DNA of 64,000 nucleotides. Source: Patescibacteria group bacterium (lineage in GTDB: Bacteria > Patescibacteriota > WWE3 > UBA101185 > UBA10185). Below the pieces are notes generated by a model. It searched no databases. It saw only the letters and a program-made list of their open reading frames with translations, and was not told where the DNA came from. Position numbers and translations under genes: made by a program. The stretch is taken from assembly GCA_032117075.1 (NCBI GenBank), contig JAUMAA010000002.1, positions 24,005 through 88,004 on the forward strand, given 5' to 3'. Shown here in pieces: positions 18,645 to 28,655 of the stretch (its first letter is position 1; each line of letters begins with the position of its first letter).

Positions 18645-19583
18645 ATGAACCCTCACCTAGTTCAAACTAAAGACTGGTCTGACTTCAAAAATATTTATGG
18701 AACAATTTCTACTAACTATGAAAATGTTTATTTTACATTACACAGAATTCCAGTCATAAATAAATACTATGCTTACTGCCCAAAGGTGAATCCATTCGAG
18801 ATTGATTTTAAAAAACTAACCAAAAAACTAAAAGAAGAAAATGTGATTGCGATAAATTTTGATAAACCAAATGTTTATCAAGAAACAAAAGAAGCATTTG
18901 AAGCAAGTAAATTATTTGAAGACAATGGCTGTATACCTGCCTCAAAAGACACTTACCCTCCTGCAACTATATTTCTAGATATCTCACCAAACCCAGATGA
19001 TTTGTTAAAAAATTTTAATACAAAACATAGATACAATATCAATGTAGCCAAAAGAAAGAACTTGAATATTACATTTGAGGTCAATGATGAAAAAATTGAA
19101 GAATTTTATTTTTTACAAAAATTAACTTCTAAGAGACAGGGTTATTTAACAAAACCAAAAAGCTACTTTGAGACCTTGATAAAGTTCTATAGTAAAAGAA
19201 ATAAATGCATACTTTCTAATGTTTATTACGAGAACGAACCTATTGCATCATGGATATTTATTATAGATGGGGATACTGCTTACTATTTATATGGAGGCAT
19301 GAATGAAAATTTTAGCGGACTTAAACCTGCAAATTTATTAGTCTGGGAATCAATTTTGGAGCTTAAAAACAGAGGAGTTAAAACCTTAGATTTTTTTGGG
19401 GCTAGTGAGGATTTGAATGATGAAAAAGATCCTTATTATGGTTTTTCCATTTTTAAAATAAGATTTGGTGGTAAACATTTTAAATACATTAAGTCTTACG
19501 ATTTAGTATTAAATCCTTTTCTTTACAATCTCTTCAACTTTGCACAAAGTTTAAGGTGGTTTGTCTTGAAAATTATTAAATAG
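18645..19583 (+). CDS. FemAB-family aminoacyltransferase (peptidoglycan bridge formation-like)
   Basis: 312 aa. A GNAT-like double domain with a C-terminal YLYGGMNENFSGLKPANLLVWESI region typical of FemABX enzymes. Confidence 0.5.
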   Translation: MNPHLVQTKDWSDFKNIYGTISTNYENVYFTLHRIPVINKYYAYCPKVNPFEIDFKKLTKKLKEENVIAINFDKPNVYQETKEAFEASKLFEDNGCIPASKDTYPPATIFLDISPNPDDLLKNFNTKHRYNINVAKRKNLNITFEVNDEKIEEFYFLQKLTSKRQGYLTKPKSYFETLIKFYSKRNKCILSNVYYENEPIASWIFIIDGDTAYYLYGGMNENFSGLKPANLLVWESILELKNRGVKTLDFFGASEDLNDEKDPYYGFSIFKIRFGGKHFKYIKSYDLVLNPFLYNLFNFAQSLRWFVLKIIK

Positions 19584-19621
19584 GTTTGTAAGATATATAT
19601 ATATTTGAAAGGCCCAATCAA

Positions 19622-20248
19622 ATGAACTTTAAACCCCTAAATAATAAGGGAATTTCCATGCTTGTAATTATTTTAGCTGTTGTTGTTATCTCCGGAATTG
19701 CTGGAGCAGTTTATTTAATTACACTTAATAAAAGTATGCCCTCAAATCCGGAAAATAAAACTGTTACAAACTTAGAAAACAAAGATAACGATTCATCAGA
19801 ACTAAAATGTGATGAGGATGAAGATTTCTATGGTTGCTTAACTTTACAAAATTATAATAAATCAAGAACAGTTAGAGGGTTAAGTCCTATCGAACAAGAT
19901 TCTAACCTGTGTTATATAGCAAAAATTTTAGCAAACAGTATAAATAGTATGCCTAAAAATTATAAGTTCAATTTCTCTTTGCTATATCAAGATGAAGTGT
20001 TCGACAAATATAATGGCGGATACGATAGTAAGGGAAACTATAACGATTGGAGACAAATTTATTATCAATACGATACCTATTCAAATATTGAAAATTCTCA
20101 AATTGAAACAACTCAAAAAGAAATAGCTGAGACACTTGGTAGGAGCACAAGAGAAGACGGAGAAACTTTTGATAAAGGTTGTTTTAGATTCTCACGTTAT
20201 GAGGATGGTAATTTTGTTTTAGTAACTGTATTGGGACAAAGAAAATAA
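19622..20248 (+). CDS. Membrane-anchored hypothetical protein with a pilin-like N-terminus lacking Glu5
   Basis: NNKG|ISMLVIILAVVVISGIAGAV resembles a type IV pilin/pseudopilin prepeptide, but the +5 residue is Val rather than Glu. Cys-containing C-terminal domain. Confidence 0.4.
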   Translation: MNFKPLNNKGISMLVIILAVVVISGIAGAVYLITLNKSMPSNPENKTVTNLENKDNDSSELKCDEDEDFYGCLTLQNYNKSRTVRGLSPIEQDSNLCYIAKILANSINSMPKNYKFNFSLLYQDEVFDKYNGGYDSKGNYNDWRQIYYQYDTYSNIENSQIETTQKEIAETLGRSTREDGETFDKGCFRFSRYEDGNFVLVTVLGQRK

Positions 20249-20267
20249 AACTATAAATTAAATAAAT

Positions 20268-20296
20268 AGAGGAAGCTATATGCTTCCTCTTTTTTT
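20268..20296. terminator. Bidirectional rho-independent terminator
   Basis: AGAGGAAGC-tatat-GCTTCCTCT followed by TTTTTT on + and an A/T-run on the other side. Lies between convergent genes. Confidence 0.75.
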
Positions 20297-20305
20297 AGGG
20301 ATTCT

Positions 20306-23164
20306 CTAATCCTTAATAGCACTTGGACAAATATCTTTGAAATCACAAAACATACAACTTCTTTGAGAAGGTGTGGCTTTAAAATTCTTATTTCTTATAT
20401 TTTCAAAAACTTCTTTTACTTCCCCACTTAACCTCTCGAAATCTTTTTCATTTCTTTCAGTAGTAATTTTTTTGTCCTGCTCTAAATAGTAATAAGTGAG
20501 TTTCACATTTTCAAAATTAAAATATTCTTTTGCAGCCTCAGCATAAAGAGTTAACTGATCATCATTCCTTATCTCTTTTTCTGTTTTTGTTTCACCAGTT
20601 TTATAGTCTATGATTTCATAACTTCCATCTTCATTTTGATCTATTCTATCTATTTTTCCAGACACAGGCACTCCGTTCAATTCAAATTTAAACATCTTCT
20701 CAATAACTATCGGTTTTAACTTTTGAGAATGATATTTTTCGTAATATCTAGATAGTATTTCTTGTCCTGTTTTATAGTAATCAATCTGGTTATCCCTGTC
20801 CTCATAACCGAAAGGTTGAAATTTCATTTTATAAATCTCAAGTACTTCATTTAAAGAAATATCTCTATTTAACTTGATTACATGATATTCCTTTAAAACT
20901 TCGTGGATAGTATTACCAAAACTTAGTGCTTTTGATTGTTTAGTCGGAAAGTTCAATATGTATTGATATTTATATTTTAATGGACAGGTTTTGTAAGAAG
21001 ATAGGGCAGTAAAAGATAAACTTTTTGGAAGATACTCCGAATCTATTTTATTAATTTTTTTTCTATAGTCACTATCTACTCCAAATAAACTTGCTTGTTC
21101 AATTTCTTCAACTCTACCTTCCTTAGCTGACTCAATTCTTTCAATCTCTAACCCACACTCTTCTACAAATGTAGATTTACTTCTGTCTCTTTTTCCATAA
21201 GTGTCAGCAAAAGTTAAATGTAAATATTTTTTTGCTCTAGTAACACCCACATAGAATAACCTTCTTTCCTCTTGTAAAAAATAATCCTCGTTTGGAAGAA
21301 TTTCTTTATCTTCTATCAAAACATCAGGTAACGAAAATCCGTAGCTTCTATCTTGTGAAGGAAATCTTCCATTAATTAATGACGGAATAAAGACAGCTTC
21401 AAATTCAAGTCCCTTACTAGAGTGTACAGTTAAAATATTAATTGTATCTACATCTTCAATTTCTGCTTGAGCAGGATTGTCCCCTGCTTCTATAATAAGA
21501 TTGAAATAATCAAGGAATTCTAAAAGATTTGGGGTTACACCACTATCTTGAAACATAGAAAGTTCGATATTTTTTACTCTCTTTAAGAATAAATCTAAAT
21601 TTTTAACAGCTAAATCATTTTCAATTGTTTCTTCCGCAAAAAATTTATTTAAGTAATTAATCTCGTTTAGTAAGTTATATATCAAGTCAGAAGGTTGTAT
21701 TTTTGGAAGTTTTCTTTGGTAATCTTTGATGGTATTTACAAATTTAGTTAAATTCTTATCGAACTTATAATTCTCACATTCATTCCAAAGTAAAGTTTTT
21801 TTATCTCTTGATAAGTTTAAAAGTTTATAAATTGTATCAACATCTATATTTAGTGAATCTATAAATAAACATTTGAAAAGATTGGAACTATCTGAAGTAT
21901 TTACCAATAAATTTAAAAGGCTAATTACTAAATTAATTTCTTCTCTTTCATATAAACCTCTATTGCCGTAAAACTGGTAAGGCAGACCCGCTTTTCTTAG
22001 TGCCATTATATAAGGTTCTAAATGAGAGTTAGCTCTTCCTAAAATTGCTATATCTCTAAATCCTACCTCACCAGAATCTAAAAGTTTTTGAATTTCATTT
22101 ATAACATAGTTTACTTCAGTCTCTAAATCTGGTGTACTGATAATCTTGATATTATCCTCTTTACTTAATTTTTTATTTGCAAATAATTTTTTTGAAATAC
22201 CAAGAGTAGCTTCTAGTGTATATGGATTATTATTCTGAATAACTTTGTAAGAAACATCTAAAATATTTTGAACTGATCTGTAATTTTGATTTAAGGTAAT
22301 TATTTTTGGATCATCAAAATCTTTTTTAAACTCAAGGATATTGGAGATAGCTGCCCCTCTAAATTTGTAAATTGATTGACTATCATCCCCAACTACAACT
22401 AAACTTCTATCAGAAAGTGTTTCTTTTAAACAAAGAAGTTTAATAATTTCGTATTGAGTATAATTAGTATCTTGAAACTCATCTACTAATACATGTTTAA
22501 ATCTTTTTTGGTATTTTTCTAAAACATAAGGTTTATTTTTAAATAAATCATAAACAAAAGTTATCAAATCTCCAAAATCCATTTTTGAATCTCTCAATTT
22601 TACTTCTTTATAGTGGTCAAAAATAAGCGCAGCTTCTTGCCATTTATTTTTTTCTTTTTCATCTTCAAGAGATAGAGAATATTTCATTAAGTCCTTAGAT
22701 GAAATATTCTCATCAGTGCATTTTGAAAATAATTTTAATAAATCATTAATATATTTTCCTGGATTATTTTTTGGCCTGAGTTCCTTCAAGTTTAATTTAT
22801 AAATTTCTTTTCTAAGTAGCATCCACTGCTCTGCATCTGTGATTAATTTAAAATTTGTGTTCATGCCCATTTCATGACCATCCTCCTTTAAAACATCCAT
22901 ACAAAAGGAGTGATAAGTACAAACCTTCGGCTCATAATACCCAAGAGGCATTTTCTCATCCAGTCTCTCAACCATCTCCCTAGCTGCTTTTTCAGTAAAG
23001 GTAACTGCTAAAATATTTTGGGGTTCAACATTTTTGTTGTTGATTAAGTTAACAATTCTTTCTGTAATTAATGATGTTTTTCCAGTTCCAGCACCAGCAA
23101 CAACTAATAAAGATCCGAATTCGAAGTTTACTGCTTCCAGTTGGTTATCATTTAGTTTTGCCAT
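20306..23164 (-). CDS. UvrD/PcrA-like SF1 helicase fused to a C-terminal PD-(D/E)XK (Cas4/AddB-type) nuclease domain with an Fe-S cysteine motif
   Basis: N-terminal Walker A AGAGTGKTS, UvrD motifs, and a C-terminal CMFCDFKDIC (CX2CX5C) motif typical of the AddB/Cas4 nuclease 4Fe-4S cluster. Confidence 0.8.
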   Translation of the reverse strand: MAKLNDNQLEAVNFEFGSLLVVAGAGTGKTSLITERIVNLINNKNVEPQNILAVTFTEKAAREMVERLDEKMPLGYYEPKVCTYHSFCMDVLKEDGHEMGMNTNFKLITDAEQWMLLRKEIYKLNLKELRPKNNPGKYINDLLKLFSKCTDENISSKDLMKYSLSLEDEKEKNKWQEAALIFDHYKEVKLRDSKMDFGDLITFVYDLFKNKPYVLEKYQKRFKHVLVDEFQDTNYTQYEIIKLLCLKETLSDRSLVVVGDDSQSIYKFRGAAISNILEFKKDFDDPKIITLNQNYRSVQNILDVSYKVIQNNNPYTLEATLGISKKLFANKKLSKEDNIKIISTPDLETEVNYVINEIQKLLDSGEVGFRDIAILGRANSHLEPYIMALRKAGLPYQFYGNRGLYEREEINLVISLLNLLVNTSDSSNLFKCLFIDSLNIDVDTIYKLLNLSRDKKTLLWNECENYKFDKNLTKFVNTIKDYQRKLPKIQPSDLIYNLLNEINYLNKFFAEETIENDLAVKNLDLFLKRVKNIELSMFQDSGVTPNLLEFLDYFNLIIEAGDNPAQAEIEDVDTINILTVHSSKGLEFEAVFIPSLINGRFPSQDRSYGFSLPDVLIEDKEILPNEDYFLQEERRLFYVGVTRAKKYLHLTFADTYGKRDRSKSTFVEECGLEIERIESAKEGRVEEIEQASLFGVDSDYRKKINKIDSEYLPKSLSFTALSSYKTCPLKYKYQYILNFPTKQSKALSFGNTIHEVLKEYHVIKLNRDISLNEVLEIYKMKFQPFGYEDRDNQIDYYKTGQEILSRYYEKYHSQKLKPIVIEKMFKFELNGVPVSGKIDRIDQNEDGSYEIIDYKTGETKTEKEIRNDDQLTLYAEAAKEYFNFENVKLTYYYLEQDKKITTERNEKDFERLSGEVKEVFENIRNKNFKATPSQRSCMFCDFKDICPSAIKD

Positions 23165-23190
23165 ATGTAGAAAATCTTAAATTAAAAAAT

Positions 23191-24219
23191 TTAACTTTCA
23201 AGGAGTTTAGTTTCCGATTCACTAACACCTTCAATTTCATGCATTTTTTCAATCTTCCCAAATAGTTTTCCATAGTTAGTTTTTACTTTATCCATTGATT
23301 TGGCTGATTTAGTAATATGCCCCTCTAATGTTTCCAATTCTTCATTAAATTTATTACCCTCAACAATGAGACCATCAAGTGACTTGAGAATTTCATTAGC
23401 TGATTTATTTAGTTGAGCTTGCTTGAAAGCGATTAAGATTGTCTTTAACAAAAAGGTAATTGTATTTGGGGAGGATAAAACAACTTTCCTTTTATTTGAG
23501 TACTCAATAATTTTTTGATTATTAGTAATTAATTCATAATAAATTGATTCAGATGGAACATACATAACTGCTTGATCGGTAGTTCCCTCATCTGGCAAAA
23601 TATATTTACTTGCAATTTCGTCTATTCTTTTTTCAACATCTTTAGTAAAAATCTTTCTATAAGTTTCTCTATCTTTGTCATTATCTGAATTACTCATCGC
23701 TTGGTAGTTCTCCATAGAAAATTTTGAATCAATTGGAATTATCCCATTTGAAGAAAAAATTACAGCATCACATGTAGCTCCGTTTTTAAATTTATATTGA
23801 ACTTGATAAAAATCTTTTGGAAGGGAGTCTGAAAGAATATCGTACAAAAATTGCTCACCAAGACCCCCTCTTAATTTAGGTGACTTTAAAACATTAGATA
23901 AATCTTTCATATCTTTACCAAATTCTTCGATGGATCCTAATTGTTTTTGAACACCTCCAATAACTTTAGAGGCATTATCTAATCTTTCCCACAAAACCTT
24001 AGATTGATTTTGCATCGCCTCATTCTGCTCCTTCAACTTTCTTTCCATATTTTCAGAAGTCTTTTCTACACTTCCTTTCATATCTTTCATCCATTCAAGG
24101 ATTACTTGAATTTGTTTATCTTGTGAATCGTCTTTTTTATTGTTTAAATTGATGTAAAGTAAATAACCAACCGCACCGAGTAAAATTAGTATTAAAATAA
24201 TTAATAGGATTTCAATCAT
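23191..24219 (-). CDS. rmuC: DNA recombination protein RmuC
   Basis: N-terminal TM anchor, a coiled-coil, and the conserved RmuC core (LRGGLGEQFLYDIL...). Lies upstream of the helicase-nuclease and is co-oriented with it. Confidence 0.75.
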   Translation of the reverse strand: MIEILLIILILILLGAVGYLLYINLNNKKDDSQDKQIQVILEWMKDMKGSVEKTSENMERKLKEQNEAMQNQSKVLWERLDNASKVIGGVQKQLGSIEEFGKDMKDLSNVLKSPKLRGGLGEQFLYDILSDSLPKDFYQVQYKFKNGATCDAVIFSSNGIIPIDSKFSMENYQAMSNSDNDKDRETYRKIFTKDVEKRIDEIASKYILPDEGTTDQAVMYVPSESIYYELITNNQKIIEYSNKRKVVLSSPNTITFLLKTILIAFKQAQLNKSANEILKSLDGLIVEGNKFNEELETLEGHITKSAKSMDKVKTNYGKLFGKIEKMHEIEGVSESETKLLES

Positions 24220-24625
24220 GAAGAATATACTACCAAAAATACCTCCTTTTATCTACTCGCTTATTGTTTTAAGCACTCTTTTAGTTACTCTTCTTTCGTA
24301 CATTCTTAATAATATCGACCCTGAAAGCAGTAATTCGAAGCTGATGTTTAGTTTTGTGCTTTTCATAACCTCTTTAATCACCTTACCAACAATAAGAACT
24401 TTATTTTTACTAGCAGAGGGGGATGAATACACTGATTTGAGAGCAAAATTTAGAATCTTTTTTAGTGAGAACATATTATTTAGTGTGGTTTTAGGAGTTT
24501 TAATGCTTTTCAAAACTTACGGTTTCCTTAACTTTTTTACACTTTTATCCTTAATATCCATTTATTTAGGTATAACTTTTGCCTATCAAAAATTAAGAAA
24601 ACCAAAGAGAATAAAGAGGATTTAG
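24218..24625 (+). CDS. Small polytopic membrane protein, hypothetical
   Basis: 135 aa with 3-4 hydrophobic helices. Its start codon overlaps the divergent rmuC start (cATGa). Confidence 0.35.
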   Translation: MKNILPKIPPFIYSLIVLSTLLVTLLSYILNNIDPESSNSKLMFSFVLFITSLITLPTIRTLFLLAEGDEYTDLRAKFRIFFSENILFSVVLGVLMLFKTYGFLNFFTLLSLISIYLGITFAYQKLRKPKRIKRI

Positions 24626-24671
24626 TCTTTTTTTATTATTTTTATGCGATTTTTTAGGTTATAATTACAAA

Positions 24672-26078
24672 GTGAAATATATAATTACTACTGCAATCGA
24701 CTATACAAACGATGTTATCCATCTAGGTCATGCCTACCAAAAAGTACTAGCAGATACCTATACAAGATTTTTGAGACAAACAAAGGGTTCTGAGAATGTG
24801 AGATTTGTAACAGGAACAGATGAATTCGGACAAAAGGTAGAAAAAGAAGCAAAATCCAAAGGAATTGAAACTAAAAAATTTGTTGATGAGATTTCCAAAT
24901 TAGATCAAAAAGAACAAGATTCATTACATATCTCTTATGAAAGATTTATCAGAACAACAGATGAGGATCATCAAAAAACAGCTCAAGAATTTTTTAAGAA
25001 GTCTTTTGATAATGGGTTTATTTATGAGGGCGACTTTGAAGGTAAGTATTGTGAGGGATGCGAGGAATACAAAACAGAAAAAAATTTAGTTGAAGGAAAA
25101 TGCCCTCTTCACCCTAATAAGGAAATTATAGTAACTACCGAAAAAAATTATTTCTTTAAATGGAGTTATTTTAAGGAATTTTTAAAAAAACATTTTGATG
25201 AAAATTCTGAATTTGTGTTACCAAAATCAAAGTTTAACGAAATGTATGCAATGATTGATGAAATTGAAGATATCCCTGTTACAAGAAGAAAAGAAAATTT
25301 AAATTGGGGAATTGAGTGTCCAATAGATTCAGGTCATGTTATCTATGTTTGGTTTGATGCACTTATTAATTACTATACTTTTGCTAAAAATGAATGGAAC
25401 AATGAGGATACTAAAATAGTTCATTTCTTAGGAAAAGATAATGCCAAGTTTCATGCACTACTTTGGCCAGCAATGCTTAAATCAGTAGATTTAAAAATAC
25501 CAAACACAATTTATGTAAACTCATTCTTATCCCTAAACGGACATAAAATTTCTAAATCACTAGGTAATATTATTAGGCCAACTGAACTAGTAGAAAAATA
25601 TGGTGTGGATGCAATCAGATATTATCTTTTAAAATTTGGTCCAATTGTAGATGATTCTGATTTTTCAGAAAGTCATCTTATAGATATTTATAATGGCGAA
25701 TTAGCAAATGGAATTGGGAATACAATTTCTAGAGTTTTTGCACTTGCTAAAAAAAATGAGATAACCTTTGAAAAACCAACTTCTATTAGTATTTCCTTTG
25801 GATCTGAGTTTGAAAATTTCAGACCTGATAGAGTTATTGAAAATATTTTTGAAAAAATATCTGAAATAAATAAAGATATTAATTCAAAAGAAGTTTGGAA
25901 AATACAAGATAAGAAAGAAATGACAAAAATAATTAGAGAGTACTTAAGCGAACTTTATTTTATAACAGTAAATTTAAAAGCATTTATTCCTGATACATGT
26001 GAAAAAATTTTAAACTCTTTTGAAAATAATTTTAATGTGACAAATTTTTTCCCTAGAATAGAGAAGAAGGATCAATAA
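24672..26078 (+). CDS. metG: Methionyl-tRNA synthetase, minimal form lacking the C-terminal tRNA-binding domain
   Basis: HIGH motif (HLGHAY), KMSKS motif (KISKSLGN), a zinc knuckle CEGCEEY...CPLH. GTG start. Confidence 0.9.
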   Translation: MKYIITTAIDYTNDVIHLGHAYQKVLADTYTRFLRQTKGSENVRFVTGTDEFGQKVEKEAKSKGIETKKFVDEISKLDQKEQDSLHISYERFIRTTDEDHQKTAQEFFKKSFDNGFIYEGDFEGKYCEGCEEYKTEKNLVEGKCPLHPNKEIIVTTEKNYFFKWSYFKEFLKKHFDENSEFVLPKSKFNEMYAMIDEIEDIPVTRRKENLNWGIECPIDSGHVIYVWFDALINYYTFAKNEWNNEDTKIVHFLGKDNAKFHALLWPAMLKSVDLKIPNTIYVNSFLSLNGHKISKSLGNIIRPTELVEKYGVDAIRYYLLKFGPIVDDSDFSESHLIDIYNGELANGIGNTISRVFALAKKNEITFEKPTSISISFGSEFENFRPDRVIENIFEKISEINKDINSKEVWKIQDKKEMTKIIREYLSELYFITVNLKAFIPDTCEKILNSFENNFNVTNFFPRIEKKDQ

Positions 26079-26277
26079 TTTTTAAATAAATTAATAAACC
26101 AACAGTGATTAAAGCAAATATTAAAACACCAAGAAGTACCCAAACCCAAGTATATTTCTTATCTTTTTTTGAAATTAATTGGAAATCTAAAGAATTTTCA
26201 GTTGATTCAGAAGTTGGTTTTGAAGCAATTGCAGGTTTTGTTCCAGTAGAGGGAGCTACTTTATTTATTTCTTCCAT
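26053..26277 (-). CDS. Possible small tail-anchored membrane protein
   Basis: 74-aa ORF with a C-terminal TM helix (WVWVLLGVLIFALITVGLLIYL). Overlaps the metG 3' end, so it could be spurious. Confidence 0.3.
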   Translation of the reverse strand: MEEINKVAPSTGTKPAIASKPTSESTENSLDFQLISKKDKKYTWVWVLLGVLIFALITVGLLIYLKIIDPSSLF

Positions 26278-26312
26278 AAATTAATTATAATTTAAAAAGT
26301 AAAATTTTAAAC

Positions 26313-27098
26313 ATGTTTATAGACTCTCATCTACATTTTAATAATTCAAAGTATGCAGAACAAAATTATAGTATCTCAGAAATGATTGAAAGAGCTAAAA
26401 TTTTAGGTGTAAATAGATTTATCTCAATTGCAACACATTCTGATGAATTTTCGGAAGTTGTTGAAATATCTAATCAATTTGAAGAAGTTTTCCACACACT
26501 AGGAATTTACCCAACAGAAGATATGGGGAGAAAACTAAACGATTTAGAAAATTTGATTATAAATTCAATTAATAAAAAAACTGTAGCTATTGGGGAATGT
26601 GGGTTTAACCAACCACTAAATGATGGAGATAGGAATATATACTCTCAAAGATCCCTGTTTGAAATGCAAATTGATTTAGCAACAAGAAGAAATTTACCAA
26701 TAGTGGTACATACTAGAAATTCGGATTCTGAAACTTATGACACTCTTAAAAATTTTAAAAATAAAAATTTGAAAGGAGTAATTCATTGTTTTGTTTCTGA
26801 TTATGAATTTGCAAAGAAGATTTTGGACTTAGGAATGTATCTATCTTTCAATGGTATTGTTACTTATAAGACCGGGCAAGATACCTATGAAACTATTAAG
26901 AAAATGCCAGCGGATAGAATTATTTTAGAAACTGATGCTCCGTACTTGTCTCCAGAGGGATATAGGAACGAATTAAACGAACCAAAATTTATTCCTTTAA
27001 TAGCTGCAAAAGTTGCAGAGATTAGAGGTGTAAGTATGGAAGAAATTGAAAAACAATCTTACGAAAATACACTTAAATTATTTGATAAAATAAAATAA
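26313..27098 (+). CDS. tatD: TatD-family metal-dependent hydrolase/DNase
   Basis: MFIDSHLHFN start and conserved His/Glu/Asp metal ligands (GECGFN, VVHTR, ETDAPYL). Confidence 0.85.
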   Translation: MFIDSHLHFNNSKYAEQNYSISEMIERAKILGVNRFISIATHSDEFSEVVEISNQFEEVFHTLGIYPTEDMGRKLNDLENLIINSINKKTVAIGECGFNQPLNDGDRNIYSQRSLFEMQIDLATRRNLPIVVHTRNSDSETYDTLKNFKNKNLKGVIHCFVSDYEFAKKILDLGMYLSFNGIVTYKTGQDTYETIKKMPADRIILETDAPYLSPEGYRNELNEPKFIPLIAAKVAEIRGVSMEEIEKQSYENTLKLFDKIK

Positions 27099-27101
27099 AG
27101 C

Positions 27102-28655
27102 ATGATTAGAAAAGCAGTTATCAAGCACGAAAGAAAAGTACAAAGATTTTTAGAAATACTTCCAGGTTTCTTAACATGGACTATTTTACTTTCCCCAGTC
27201 TGGTTAGGATTTTTATACCCTCCACTAATCATTATTTTTTTGATTTTTCTAACAGTTTTTTGGTTTTATTTAGGAATAAAATTTACTTACGGTGCATTTG
27301 TAGGATATAACAATTACCAAAAAGAAATTAGAATTGATTGGTTTCAAAGATTAAAAAACTTAGATTTCGAAGATTTACCTGAAAAAGAAACACTACCAAA
27401 TTCATTAAAAGATTTAAAACATTTTATATTAATACCTGTAGTCAATGAATCATTGGATGTTATTAGACCTGAGTTTGAAAGTATTTTAAATCAATCTTTT
27501 CCAACTAAACAAATTTTTTTAGCATATACAGTTGAAGAGAAATATTCTGAGGAAGTAATTAAAAATATTAAAAATTTAGTAAAAGAATATGAGCATAAAT
27601 TTGAAAAAATAATGTTTTTTACTCACCCTGCAGGAATAGTAGGGGAAGCGATTGGTGTTGGAGGAGCTAACAGAACTTGGGGAGCAAAAGGTGTAATAGA
27701 ATACATGAGGAAAAATAAAATTGATTTAAAAAATTATATTTTTTCTTCACTTGATGCAGATCATGTTCTACATAAACATTATCTTTCAAGATTAGGTCAC
27801 TTATATCTAAGTAGTGATAAAAGAAATAACAAATTTTACACAACTGCAGTTCACTTATTTAACAACAACCATTGGAATGTCCCTGTATTTGCTAGGGTAG
27901 AAGCAAATGCTGTTACTTTAGGAACTATAAGTGAATGGGCAATATCTCCTGATTTTAAGGAAACATTTGCGGCTTACTCGTGTTCTTTACAAACACTTGT
28001 TGATGCAAACTATTGGGATGTAACTTTAGGAGTTGACGATTCTGTATTTTACTGGAGAGCCTTTTTTGTAAGAAAAGGGGAATTCGATGGAGTATGTCAC
28101 TGGATTCCTTATTCAGCAGATGCAGTGGAAGCTGAAACAACTCTTAAAACATACAAAAGTTTATATAAACAACTTTTAAGGTGGGGTTGGGGTATTGTTA
28201 AATTTCCTTTAGCTATTAAAGGATTTTTAACAGAAGCAGATATTCCTTTAAAAAAGAAAATTCTTTGGACAATTAAACAACTTGAAAGAGAAGTGTTATT
28301 AATTAATACAGTCTTTTTGATTAACTTCGGTTTTGCAACGGTTACTTTAGTTAACCCTTATGTCAAACAATCAAGTTTTGCTTACTCACTTCCAGATCTA
28401 ATCTCCTTTATTATGACTGTAACTCTAATCTTCTTACTTCCAGGAACCTATTTAAGATTAAAAATTGCACCACCTATGCCTAAAAAATGGAATATTTTAA
28501 GAAAATTTCTTTCATATTTAGAAGGATTTGCTGTAATTGTAAACCTTCTAACTTTCTCCTTCTTTCCTTATATTGAAGCTCAAACAAGATTGCTTCTAGG
28601 TAAGAAAATGAAAGATTTGTATCACACACCTAAGGTGAGGAGTGGGAATGCTTAA
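27102..28655 (+). CDS. Membrane-embedded processive GT2 glycosyltransferase (cellulose/chitin/hyaluronan-synthase-like)
   Basis: N-terminal TM helices, DxD (SLDADHV), GVDDS, then Q-x-x-R-W (QLLRWGWG), then C-terminal TM helices. Confidence 0.65.
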   Translation: MIRKAVIKHERKVQRFLEILPGFLTWTILLSPVWLGFLYPPLIIIFLIFLTVFWFYLGIKFTYGAFVGYNNYQKEIRIDWFQRLKNLDFEDLPEKETLPNSLKDLKHFILIPVVNESLDVIRPEFESILNQSFPTKQIFLAYTVEEKYSEEVIKNIKNLVKEYEHKFEKIMFFTHPAGIVGEAIGVGGANRTWGAKGVIEYMRKNKIDLKNYIFSSLDADHVLHKHYLSRLGHLYLSSDKRNNKFYTTAVHLFNNNHWNVPVFARVEANAVTLGTISEWAISPDFKETFAAYSCSLQTLVDANYWDVTLGVDDSVFYWRAFFVRKGEFDGVCHWIPYSADAVEAETTLKTYKSLYKQLLRWGWGIVKFPLAIKGFLTEADIPLKKKILWTIKQLEREVLLINTVFLINFGFATVTLVNPYVKQSSFAYSLPDLISFIMTVTLIFLLPGTYLRLKIAPPMPKKWNILRKFLSYLEGFAVIVNLLTFSFFPYIEAQTRLLLGKKMKDLYHTPKVRSGNA

